From an uncultured Alphaproteobacteria bacterium (lineage in GTDB: Bacteria > Pseudomonadota > Alphaproteobacteria > Rhizobiales > Xanthobacteraceae), in the NCBI GenBank assembly GCA_963746715.1, contig CAVVCW010000015.1, positions 852,429-916,428 of the forward strand: a stretch of DNA of 64,000 bases, written 5' to 3'. Shown piece by piece: positions 48,613 through 57,032 of this stretch; the stretch's first letter is position 1; each line of letters begins with the position of its first letter. Position numbers and translations under genes: made by a program. Below the pieces are notes generated by a model. The model had not been told where the DNA came from and did not search any database. It saw nothing but the letters and a program-made list of their open reading frames with translations.

Positions 48613-50184
48613 CTAGCGCTGGCCAAGGCCGGCCCGACGAAACCCCTCCAGATAGTGCTCTCGCTCGGCGTCTTGCTTGATCGGCATCTCTTTCGCGATC
48701 CAATCGAGCGAAACATTGGGCTGCACGCGGCGAAGCTCTTGCAAGGCGGCGTCGGCCACGTCTCCTTTTCCTGCCATGCCCGCGGCCGCGGTCAGCACGC
48801 GGTGCGCGCCCACGAAATCGCTGCGCTGCCGGATCCCCTCGCGTGCCAGCCGCATCGCATCGTCATAGTTGCGGCCGACATACTGCGCGTAGGAGGCGAT
48901 GCCGCAATAGATCGCGGCCAGGGGATCGCGTGGGCTAGAACGCAATGCTCGCTGCGCTGATCGCACGGCCTCGTCCCAGCGCCCACAGTAGGCGAGAGTT
49001 AAGCCATAATAGGCTTGCGCAATCGAGAAGTTGGGATTGAGCTGCAGCGCGCATTCGAACTCCGCCAGCGAATCGTCGAAACGCCGCGCGAATAAACGGA
49101 CGCAGCCTAGGGCGTAATGCGCCCACGGATCTTCGCTGTCAGCCCGGATGGCGGCCGCCGCGGCGCGCTCGGCGATCGGCGTCACGACCGCCATGTTCTC
49201 CCAGCCCATATGCGCGCTGAAAGTGTGGCTGGTCGCGAGCAGGCCGAATGCGTGGCCATAATGCGGGTCGATGGCCGTCGCCTTCTCGAGCAGGGCCTGC
49301 GCGACCACGTTATCCTGGCGGGTTACTCGCCAATAATGCGACATCGCCCGCATCAGCAGGTCCCAGGCGTCCATACTGTCGGGATGTTTGCGCTTGGCGC
49401 GGAAGTTTTCCGCAGCGTAGAGCTGCGGCTCGACGGCGGCGACGATGGCTTCAGTGATCTCGTCCTGCACGGCAAACACGTCGGCGAGATCGCGGTCGTA
49501 ACGTTCCGCCCAGATTTGACTGCCGGTCGCGACGTCATTGAGTTGCGCGGTAATGCGCACGCGATCGCCGACCTTGCGCACGCTGCCCTCGACCACGTAG
49601 CCGACGCCAAGCTCGTCGGCGATCTGCTTGAGATGCGCCATCTTGCCTTTGTAGGCGAACGACGAATTCCGAGCGATGACGAAGAACCAGCGCAGCTTGG
49701 ACAGCGCGGCAATGATGTCTTCACTGATGCCGTCCGAGAAGTATTCCTGCGCCGGGTCGCTGGTCATGTTGGTAAATGGCAGTACGGCGATGGCCGCGCG
49801 ATCCGGCAGCGGCAGGGTCGGCCGCGCCGGTTCGGCACCTTGATCCGGCGCACCAGCATGCGCCGCTGCTGCGCCTAGCGCATGGACCTCGCCGACGAAG
49901 CGAAAGCCCTTGCGGGCGATGGTGCGGATCAGCTTCTGTTCGCCGCCGCTGTCACCGACCGCCTTGCGCGCGGCGTTGATGCGGCTCGTCAAGGTCGAGT
50001 CCGACACGATGCGGCCGCCCCAAACCGCGGCGATGAGGTCGTCTTTGCTGACGACGCGGTCGCGGCTTTCGATCAGATAAACCAGAAGGTCGAACACCTG
50101 GGGCTCGACCGCGATCGTCTCCAACCCGCGGCACAGCTCCCGCCGGTCGGTATCAAGCCTGTGATCGGAAAAAACAAGTTCCAC
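48613..50184 (-). CDS. Winged-helix (OmpR/CadC-type) DNA-binding protein with TolB-like and TPR C-terminal region
   Basis: N-terminal trans_reg_C domain (EPQVFDLLVYLIE ... RTIARKGFRFVG), then AVLPFTNMTSDPAQEYFSDGISEDII and TPR-like repeats. GTG start. Confidence 0.8.
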   Translation of the reverse strand: MELVFSDHRLDTDRRELCRGLETIAVEPQVFDLLVYLIESRDRVVSKDDLIAAVWGGRIVSDSTLTSRINAARKAVGDSGGEQKLIRTIARKGFRFVGEVHALGAAAAHAGAPDQGAEPARPTLPLPDRAAIAVLPFTNMTSDPAQEYFSDGISEDIIAALSKLRWFFVIARNSSFAYKGKMAHLKQIADELGVGYVVEGSVRKVGDRVRITAQLNDVATGSQIWAERYDRDLADVFAVQDEITEAIVAAVEPQLYAAENFRAKRKHPDSMDAWDLLMRAMSHYWRVTRQDNVVAQALLEKATAIDPHYGHAFGLLATSHTFSAHMGWENMAVVTPIAERAAAAAIRADSEDPWAHYALGCVRLFARRFDDSLAEFECALQLNPNFSIAQAYYGLTLAYCGRWDEAVRSAQRALRSSPRDPLAAIYCGIASYAQYVGRNYDDAMRLAREGIRQRSDFVGAHRVLTAAAGMAGKGDVADAALQELRRVQPNVSLDWIAKEMPIKQDAEREHYLEGFRRAGLGQR

Positions 50185-50334
50185 GACGTCGCCCCGGTTT
50201 CGACAGTGCTGGCCGATCTGAAGAGATAATCAAGCTGGTCTCAAGGATAAATCAAGCAACCGGCAAAGCTTTGTCGCCGCAGCGCAGGCACTCTGGGGGG
50301 CCTGATAACGCGCATTGACCATTTGTGGGAGACC

Positions 50335-51117
50335 ATGACCCAGATCCAGTCGCTCAGCGAGACCGCTCCCGTCCGGGACCGTCTTATCGGCCGTATTCTT
50401 GCTTTTCTCTACGGCGTCGCGGCCTATGTCGTATTCTTCATTACCTTCCTCTACGCCATAGGTTTCGTCGAAGGCATGGTGGTGCCAAAGACCATCGACA
50501 GCGGCGCCGCGGCACCGCCTGTGCAAGCCTTGATCATCAACCTGGTGCTCATGTCGATCTTCGCGCTTCAGCACAGCGTCATGGCGCGGCCGCTGTTCAA
50601 GCGCTGGTGGACCAAGTTCGTGCCGTCGTCCATCGAGCGCTCGACCTACGTGCTGCTCGCGAGCCTCGCGCTCGCACTCCTGATCTGGCAGTGGCGCCCG
50701 ATGCCGGCGCCGATTTGGCAGCTCACTCAGCCCGGCCTCGTCATGGCAGTGACGGCACTGTCTTTCGTCGGCTGGCTGATCGTATTGACCAGCACGTTCC
50801 TGATCAATCACTTCGAGTTGTTCGGCCTGCACCAGGTCGCGAACAATCTCAGCAGCCGCACCATGCCGGCGCCGCGCTTCCGCGCGCCGTTTTTCTATCG
50901 CTTCGTGCGGCATCCGATCTATCTCGGCTTCATCATTGCGTTCTGGGCGGCGCCGACTATGACCGTCGGCCGTTTGCTGTTCGCAGCGGTAACGACCGTC
51001 TACATCTTTGTCGGCATCGCGCTCGAGGAGCGCGATCTGATCGACGTATTCGGCGACGAATATCGACGCTACCGCCAGCGCGTGTCGATGCTGCTGCCAT
51101 GGCGCAGGTCGGCTTAG
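50335..51117 (+). CDS. Membrane methyltransferase of the ICMT/NnrU-like superfamily, MddA-like (possible methanethiol S-methyltransferase)
   Basis: Polytopic protein. The C-terminal motif [18 protein letters not shown] ... EERDL ... [12 protein letters not shown] is typical of ICMT-type SAM methyltransferases. Overall layout matches what I recall of MddA. Confidence 0.65.
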   Translation: MTQIQSLSETAPVRDRLIGRILAFLYGVAAYVVFFITFLYAIGFVEGMVVPKTIDSGAAAPPVQALIINLVLMSIFALQHSVMARPLFKRWWTKFVPSSIERSTYVLLASLALALLIWQWRPMPAPIWQLTQPGLVMAVTALSFVGWLIVLTSTFLINHFELFGLHQVANNLSSRTMPAPRFRAPFFYRFVRHPIYLGFIIAFWAAPTMTVGRLLFAAVTTVYIFVGIALEERDLIDVFGDEYRRYRQRVSMLLPWRRSA

Positions 51118-51135
51118 GCGACATTTGAGACATCC

Positions 51136-51318
51136 ATGATCCAAGAACACAGGTGTCGGCCGGCTGGCCGCCGCGCGGCGAGCGGCGATAGCGGAAAGTC
51201 GTTCTGGATTTGCCCGCTGACGGGTCATCCGTGCGAAGGCGACCTTTCCCATTTGTGTGAGGACTATGGGTGCGCCCGTAAGGGCGGCCTATCGCCGTAC
51301 TCAAAAGAAAATCTGTGA
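51136..51318 (+). CDS. Possible small Cys-containing protein (60 aa)
   Basis: ORF 18 nt after the methyltransferase stop. The C-terminal half (FWICPLTGHPCEGDLSHLCEDYGCARKGGLSPYS) looks protein-like. No family recognised. Confidence 0.25.
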   Translation: MIQEHRCRPAGRRAASGDSGKSFWICPLTGHPCEGDLSHLCEDYGCARKGGLSPYSKENL

Positions 51319-51390
51319 ACGAATAATCGTGGGGTGCCGTTGTTAGTCGCGGTCTAGTCCCGTGTTTTGTTAGATCGAGGAGTGAATGCA

Positions 51391-51813
51391 ATGACGTATC
51401 AAGGCCGGTGCTTTTGCGGCGCAGTCAAGATTGAAGCTTCGGGCGCGCCGGAAGCCATGGGCTATTGCCACTGCCGGTCGTGCCGATCCTGGTCCGGCGG
51501 CCCGGTCAACGCATTCACGCTTTGGCAGCCGGATGCCGTGACGGTCACGGCCGGCGCGGATCATGTCGCCACGTTTCAAAAAACACCGCTCAGCCAAAGA
51601 CAATACTGCAACAAATGCGGCGGCCACCTCATGGCCAATCATCCTCCCCTCGGTCTGATGGACGTGTTTGCAGCGACGTTGCCGGAGCTGAAATTTCAGC
51701 CCGGTGTGCACGTCAACTATGCCGAAACCGTTTTGCCGATGCGGGATGGACTTCCCAAGCTGAAGGACTTCCCCGGCGAGTTTGGCGGGTCGGGCGAAAT
51801 CGTGCCGGAATAA
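51391..51813 (+). CDS. GFA (glutathione-dependent formaldehyde-activating / CENP-V) family protein
   Basis: ATG 51391 follows a GAGGAG SD. Zinc-binding Cys pattern CFCGAV ... CHCRSCR ... CNKCG. Confidence 0.85.
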   Translation: MTYQGRCFCGAVKIEASGAPEAMGYCHCRSCRSWSGGPVNAFTLWQPDAVTVTAGADHVATFQKTPLSQRQYCNKCGGHLMANHPPLGLMDVFAATLPELKFQPGVHVNYAETVLPMRDGLPKLKDFPGEFGGSGEIVPE

Positions 51814-51894
51814 CAAGGCTCCGGCGCTGTGACGCGTTTTGTTTTTTTCCGGCGATGAAGTTCAGGCCGGCTTCGAAAGTGTCTGCCGCGGGGG

Positions 51895-52110
51895 CTAACC
51901 CATTCGGCGTCCGCGGTAGAATCCCTTATTCGTCGTGTTCTGTTTGATATTCGCGGTGTCGCCTTCTTCGGCAGCGTTATGATGCTTTTCGGTCGGCTTG
52001 ACCGATTTATTCTCCGCAGCCTCGGAGTTGATCTCTTTGTTTATTTTACTTGAATTGGCAGGGCCTTTGTTGCTCCGGTTGCCTGGAGGAACGGGCGGCA
52101 TATTGGACAT
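51895..52110 (-). CDS. Small hydrophilic hypothetical protein (71 aa)
   Basis: GGAGG SD 10 nt upstream of ATG 52110. Low-complexity Asn/Lys/Glu-rich sequence. It resembles small stress-type proteins of Bradyrhizobiaceae, but no family name could be assigned. Confidence 0.5.
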   Translation of the reverse strand: MSNMPPVPPGNRSNKGPANSSKINKEINSEAAENKSVKPTEKHHNAAEEGDTANIKQNTTNKGFYRGRRMG

Positions 52111-52190
52111 GATTGCTAAACCTCCGTTGGGCGCTATTCGGAATTAACACTGCGCAGGCAATTTCGTTGCCGTCAAATCCGTTGCCGGGT

Positions 52191-52490
52191 TTAAAACCCG
52201 TGCACCGCCTGCGTCACGTGCTCGACCTCGGGCGGGGAGGCGAAGCAGTGGGCGACGAGCTTGCGCCATTCCTGAAAATCGGCGGAGCCGCGGAAATCGA
52301 CGGTGTGGTTTTCGATCGTCGCCCATTTGACGAACAGCCGGTAGCGCGATGGCTTTTCGATCGAGCGCTGCAATTCCATGCCGCTGCAGCCCTTGGCGCG
52401 CTTGAACACCGGCGCGGCCTGTTTCACGCCGGCCTCGAACTCCGCTTCCATTCCCGGCTTGACGTCGATCTGCGCGATTTCGAGAACCAT
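52191..52490 (-). CDS. Antibiotic biosynthesis monooxygenase (ABM) family protein
   Basis: 99-aa ferredoxin-like ABM domain (MVLEIAQIDVKPGMEAEFEAG ... RYRLFVKWATIENH). Confidence 0.75.
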   Translation of the reverse strand: MVLEIAQIDVKPGMEAEFEAGVKQAAPVFKRAKGCSGMELQRSIEKPSRYRLFVKWATIENHTVDFRGSADFQEWRKLVAHCFASPPEVEHVTQAVHGF

Positions 52491-52568
52491 GTTCCACCTT
52501 TGCTTTGTCCTGCAGGTATCGCCGCGATGCGCGAATTTCGCGCCGCGGTCAAGATGGCGGCGCTAGCG

Positions 52569-53837
52569 TCAGCGCGAGGCTGGAGATGCGACGGGGGAAG
52601 GACGACCGGACGCCATTTCGTGGTCGCCGGCCGGATTCAAAATGCGCATCAGCAAAAAGCCAGCGAAGGCCGGCACGATCAAGGCCGGCCCCGGAATATG
52701 ATATTGCCCGAAGATCATTTGAATGAGCGGCAGCCAATAGACGAGCTTGGCCAGCGTCTGGCCGAGTGTGTCGAGCTTGCCGGAGGCGAGCAGCATGACG
52801 GCAAGGCAGGTGACGGCGAGCGTATCGTAGGACAACAGATAGGGCACGGCGCAAATCGAGCAGGCGAAGAACAGCGCGTTGCGCAACTGCGGGTCGGCGT
52901 CGCGGCGATATCTGAAAACGAAGAATGCGGCCGCGATCGCGCCAAGCGAGAACACAGCCTGCACCGCCATCGCCATCGCGTAGCTCGCGCCGGTGCCGCG
53001 CACATTCATGAAGATCGTCGGGTAATAGGGCGTGCCGATCAGGCTCGGATCGGACAAGACGATGTTCTGCGCCGGCAGGCCTTTTTGCACGAAGTCGATC
53101 CAAACCTGCGGTCCAAACAGCGCGGTCGTTGCGCCGGCAAGAAAGAGCGCCGTGATGCTCGCCACGGCGAAGACGCGCCAGCGGCCGGACGCGACGAGAA
53201 TGATGGGAAACAACAGCCCGAGCTGCGGCTTTAAGGTCAAAAGCCCGATCAGGAGGCCGGCCACGACGGGCTTGCGGTCGAGCAGCGCCATGATCGCAAG
53301 CAGCATCGCCGCGGTGACAAAGGAGCTTTGCCCTGAGATCAAACAAAACACGGCCGCCGGCGAAAACAAGATGGCGATGAGCAAACTTTTGTCATCGAGG
53401 CCTTGGTCGCGGATCTGACGGCGCAATACCCCGATGAAGAGTCCGAGGCCAAGCGCGGTCCAGCACAGCAATGCTGGAACATAGCCGATGCGGCCGAATG
53501 GCGCGGCGAGCAGCATGATGCTCGGCGGATAGGACCAGTTCTGTCCCAGATAATTAGGACCGAGCAGGGCCGCCAGCGCGTCGTTATAAAGGTGCGGATC
53601 GTAGAACCGGCTCGGATCGGGCTGCCAGGCGGCGCGGCCATACATCCAGAAATTCAGGAAATCGCGGCCGACGACCAGCGTGGAGCCATCGCGCGGGAAC
53701 GGCGCGAGCCACGACATTTTCCACATGTAAAAGATTGCCGTCAGGCCGGCGAAAGCGCTGCCGGCGATGACCAGCACCTTGATTGCGCCATTGTCGTTTG
53801 GAGAAACCGCTGCGGTCGTGGCGGCCATCGCTGCCAT
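52569..53837 (-). CDS. GT87/DUF2029 family polytopic glycosyltransferase (paralogue 1)
   Basis: Polytopic membrane protein. Shares GRDFLNFW ... Y(P)P ... DRKPVVAGLLIGLLTLKPQLGLLFPIILVASGRWRVF with the protein at 61296-62645. Confidence 0.7.
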   Translation of the reverse strand: MAAMAATTAAVSPNDNGAIKVLVIAGSAFAGLTAIFYMWKMSWLAPFPRDGSTLVVGRDFLNFWMYGRAAWQPDPSRFYDPHLYNDALAALLGPNYLGQNWSYPPSIMLLAAPFGRIGYVPALLCWTALGLGLFIGVLRRQIRDQGLDDKSLLIAILFSPAAVFCLISGQSSFVTAAMLLAIMALLDRKPVVAGLLIGLLTLKPQLGLLFPIILVASGRWRVFAVASITALFLAGATTALFGPQVWIDFVQKGLPAQNIVLSDPSLIGTPYYPTIFMNVRGTGASYAMAMAVQAVFSLGAIAAAFFVFRYRRDADPQLRNALFFACSICAVPYLLSYDTLAVTCLAVMLLASGKLDTLGQTLAKLVYWLPLIQMIFGQYHIPGPALIVPAFAGFLLMRILNPAGDHEMASGRPSPVASPASR

Positions 53838-54042
53838 ATATCAGGTCCGAGGAAAGGGCTGCGGCGGACTATGACGCCGCACCGTTGTCATTTCCTTACT
53901 GGAATCCCAGCCGTGCAAAGCCCGAATGTCTGGTCGGCGCGGCCACTTTGGCGACGCCGCGGCCTTTCAGCAGCCTGCCTTGAAGCGCTAAACTCGACGC
54001 CCACATAGATTTCTGCGACCCTCAATCACGCACAGGCAAATC

Positions 54043-54765
54043 ATGATCGATGTACATTATTGGACCACGCCGAATGGTCACAAGGTAACGATTTTCCTCG
54101 AAGAAGCCGGTCTGAAGTACAAGATCATTCCGGTCAATATCGGCAAGGGCGAGCAGTTCAAGACCGACTTTCTGACGGTCTCGCCGAACAACCGCATTCC
54201 GGCCATTGTCGATCACGATCCGACCGGTGGCGGCAAACCGATCTCGGTGTTCGAATCCGGCGCCATCCTGGTCTATCTCGCCGAGAAGACCGGCAAGTTC
54301 ATTCCGAAAGACATTCGCGGGCGCGTCGCGGCGCTGGAATGGCTGTTTTGGCAAATGGGCGGGCTCGGCCCGATGTCCGGCCAGAACAATCACTTCAGCA
54401 ATTACGCCGCCGACAAGCTTCAATATGCGATGGACCGCTATCGCAACGAGGTGAACCGTCTTTACGGCGTGATGAACACGCGTCTCGCCGGTCATGAATA
54501 TCTCGCCGGCGAATATTCGATCGCCGACATGGCTTGCTATCCGTGGGTGGTGCCGTGGGAGCGCCAGGGCCAGAAGATTTCCGACTTCCCGCATCTCAAA
54601 CGCTGGTTCGATGGTATCGCGAAGCGGCCGGCGGTGGTGAAAGCCTATGAGTGGACACCGAAGATCAACCCCGGCCAGGGCGGCATCCGCACCGCCGAAG
54701 AGCGCGCGATCCTGTTCGGTCAAACGGCGCAGTCGGTGACGGCGGCGGCCGCGGCGCAGAAGTAG
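54043..54765 (+). CDS. Nu-class glutathione S-transferase (YfcG/YghU-like)
   Basis: YWTTPNGHKVTIFLEE ... NNRIPAIVDH ... VFESGAILVYLAEK, characteristic of Nu-class GSTs. Confidence 0.85.
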   Translation: MIDVHYWTTPNGHKVTIFLEEAGLKYKIIPVNIGKGEQFKTDFLTVSPNNRIPAIVDHDPTGGGKPISVFESGAILVYLAEKTGKFIPKDIRGRVAALEWLFWQMGGLGPMSGQNNHFSNYAADKLQYAMDRYRNEVNRLYGVMNTRLAGHEYLAGEYSIADMACYPWVVPWERQGQKISDFPHLKRWFDGIAKRPAVVKAYEWTPKINPGQGGIRTAEERAILFGQTAQSVTAAAAAQK

Positions 54766-54858
54766 ATCAAACCAGCACTGAAAAATAGAAATGGCCGGGC
54801 TCGTCCCGGCCATTTCATTTATGGATGCGCGGGACATGCCCGGGCACGACGGCGCGGT

Positions 54859-55479
54859 TCAATCCTGCCGCACGATCACGTGCGTGCCGACCTGCACGCG
54901 GCCGTAGAGATCGATCACGTCATCATTGACCAGCCGGAAGCAGCCCGACGACACCGCCTGTCCAATCGTCTCCGGCGCATTGGTGCCGTGGATGCGATAG
55001 ACGGTATTGCCGAGATACATCGCGCGCGCGCCGAGCGGATTGCCCGGCCCGCCGGCCATGAAGCGCGGCAGATAAGGCTGGCGCTCGATCATTTCGGGCG
55101 GCGGATGCCAATCCGGCCATTCGGCCTTGCGGCTGATCTGCAAGAGGCCCTGCCAGGTGAAGCCGTCGCGGCCAACGCCGATGCCGTAGCGCAGCGCATG
55201 CGTCTGATCCTGGATCAGGTAAAGATGGCGCTCCTGGGTGTCGATGATGATCGTGCCCGGCGGCTGCAGCGAACGGTAGAGCACCAATTGCTTCTGGAAT
55301 TCTTCCGGAAGACTGGCGTTGTTGCCGTGGTCGACGCCGGGGTCAACGTCGGGCGCGGTCACCGGATACTGATAGACCGGCCCACTGGAATGCGGACCCG
55401 GCTGAGCCGGCGCCTGTGCCGAAATCAGGCACAACAGTGCCGCGCCGATCCACGGAACCAGGCTGCGAAAGCTTGCCAT
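54859..55479 (-). CDS. L,D-transpeptidase (YkuD domain)
   Basis: Signal peptide, then IIIDTQERHLYLI ... YRIHGTNAPETIGQAVSSGCFRLVNDDV. Close paralogue of the catalytic domain at 32996-33877. Confidence 0.85.
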   Translation of the reverse strand: MASFRSLVPWIGAALLCLISAQAPAQPGPHSSGPVYQYPVTAPDVDPGVDHGNNASLPEEFQKQLVLYRSLQPPGTIIIDTQERHLYLIQDQTHALRYGIGVGRDGFTWQGLLQISRKAEWPDWHPPPEMIERQPYLPRFMAGGPGNPLGARAMYLGNTVYRIHGTNAPETIGQAVSSGCFRLVNDDVIDLYGRVQVGTHVIVRQD

Positions 55480-55644
55480 TCGTCCCACCCTCATTATGCG
55501 GCCATTGTGCTGCGGATAGAGGCTCCCATCAACTCCCGTTAGCTAATGGCTGGGCTGCCACACTTGTCCAATCACTTGTGAGGCGGCCCAGCAGCCGCAG
55601 CTATGGTAGTATCATGATGCCTGCGGCGCGCCCGGCGCGTCGTC

Positions 55645-56442
55645 TCACTGCGAGGCGCCGCCGAAATAGCCGGCGATCTTCCAGCCGCTGCCATCTTTTG
55701 CATAGCACATCTGGTCGCTGCCGAGCGGCGAGACCAGTTGCGCGTCGGCATAGCCGGTTTTGCCGTCCGGCGCCGCGATGTGCAGGAACAGTGGATCGTT
55801 CGGGTTGGCGCCTTGGCCGGTATCGGGCAGCACGCGCACCAGATAGAGCCCGAGCTTCTCGACCACGGGCGAATCCGGCTTTGCCGTCTGGTGCAGCTCG
55901 ACGCCATCTTTGTTGGCATAGCCCCATTCCGACGGATCGGTTCCGGTCGCCTTGCCGAGCGCTTCCAGCTTCTGCGGATCAACAGCCGGATCAGCCGGCG
56001 CGCAGAACACGCCTTTCTGCTGCGGCAATTCGGCGGCTGTGGGCTCATTGGCATAGCCGGCCAGCGTGTCCCAGCCCGAGCCGTCTTTGGCATCGAGACC
56101 GATCGCCTTGGCGAGATTGTCGATGCCGGATTTATGCGGGTCGGTGAGATCCTTATCCTGCACCCAGAAGAAATTCTGCGCCACGACGAGCTTGGCGAGC
56201 GTGGCGCGATCCTTCTTTGCGGCCACATCGGCAAGCTGTTTGCGCAGCGCTACAAAGCCCGGATCGGTCAGCGGCCCCGGCGGCTTCACTGCGACAGATT
56301 GATACGGCTTGATCGGCGCCGCTGGCGGCGGCGTCAGGTTCGGCAGTCCCGGCTGTTGCGCAAAGCCTGACACCGGCAGGAGCACCACGGCGGCAAACCC
56401 AAAGGCAAAACCAAAAGCTGAGGCGATAGGCGAACGACGCAT
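55645..56442 (-). CDS. Secreted hypothetical protein
   Basis: Signal peptide MRRSPIASAFGFAFGFAAVVLLPVSGFAQ. 265 aa, no family recognised. Confidence 0.6.
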   Translation of the reverse strand: MRRSPIASAFGFAFGFAAVVLLPVSGFAQQPGLPNLTPPPAAPIKPYQSVAVKPPGPLTDPGFVALRKQLADVAAKKDRATLAKLVVAQNFFWVQDKDLTDPHKSGIDNLAKAIGLDAKDGSGWDTLAGYANEPTAAELPQQKGVFCAPADPAVDPQKLEALGKATGTDPSEWGYANKDGVELHQTAKPDSPVVEKLGLYLVRVLPDTGQGANPNDPLFLHIAAPDGKTGYADAQLVSPLGSDQMCYAKDGSGWKIAGYFGGASQ

Positions 56443-56670
56443 CGAAAATTCTCCCGGTTGAATCTGGGCGCAATAACGTCAGCGTTATAGGCGAATTGCG
56501 ACGGGTATGCGGCAGCCGGCCGCACCCTTAAGAGCTGACGCCGCGCTCTGGCCCTTGTTTGCAGCGTGCAGGAGCGACTCGTCAGGAACCCCGGGCCGGG
56601 CCGAAATGTTGCCGAGATGCACCGCAACATATACCCCCATTCGATTGTCTCCACGACCAAGCAGGGTCTC

Positions 56671-57030
56671 ATGCCAGCGCTGATCGCTTCGCCTTATGTG
56701 TTTCCCATTTTGCTTCTGATCGGCTCCAACGCCTTCATGACCACGGCGTGGTACTGGCATCTGCGCTTCAAAGAGGTGCCGTTGTGGCAGGTCATTCTCA
56801 TCAGCTGGGGCCTGGCCTTCTTCGAATATTGTCTCGCCGTGCCGGCCAACCGCTACGGCAGCGCTGCTTACTCGCCAGCACAGTTGAAGACCATCCAGGA
56901 GGTGGTCACGCTGTCGGTCTTCGCCGTGTTTTCGGTTGTCTATCTGCAGCAGTCGATCACATGGAATCATGCGGTCGGATTCGCGCTGATCGCGTGCGGC
57001 GCGTTCTTTGTGTTTCGCGCGCCGCTGTGA
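56671..57030 (+). CDS. DMT superfamily small membrane protein (DUF486)
   Basis: ATG 56671. Four TM helices. AWYWHLRF ... FFEYCLAVPANR motif of DUF486. Confidence 0.75.
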   Translation: MPALIASPYVFPILLLIGSNAFMTTAWYWHLRFKEVPLWQVILISWGLAFFEYCLAVPANRYGSAAYSPAQLKTIQEVVTLSVFAVFSVVYLQQSITWNHAVGFALIACGAFFVFRAPL

Positions 57031-57032
57031 GA

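Noticed and set aside
48398-48616. 72-aa ORF between the Bug gene and the winged-helix regulator.
   Set aside because: It has no SD and no recognisable family, and its composition resembles non-coding high-GC DNA. It lies in the regulator's 3' flank.
52144-52171. EcfG-type general-stress promoter (GGAAC-N16-17-CGTT) upstream of the 71-aa ORF.
   Set aside because: The best match, GCAAC-N16-TGTT, has mismatches in both elements. That is too weak to claim without a TSS.
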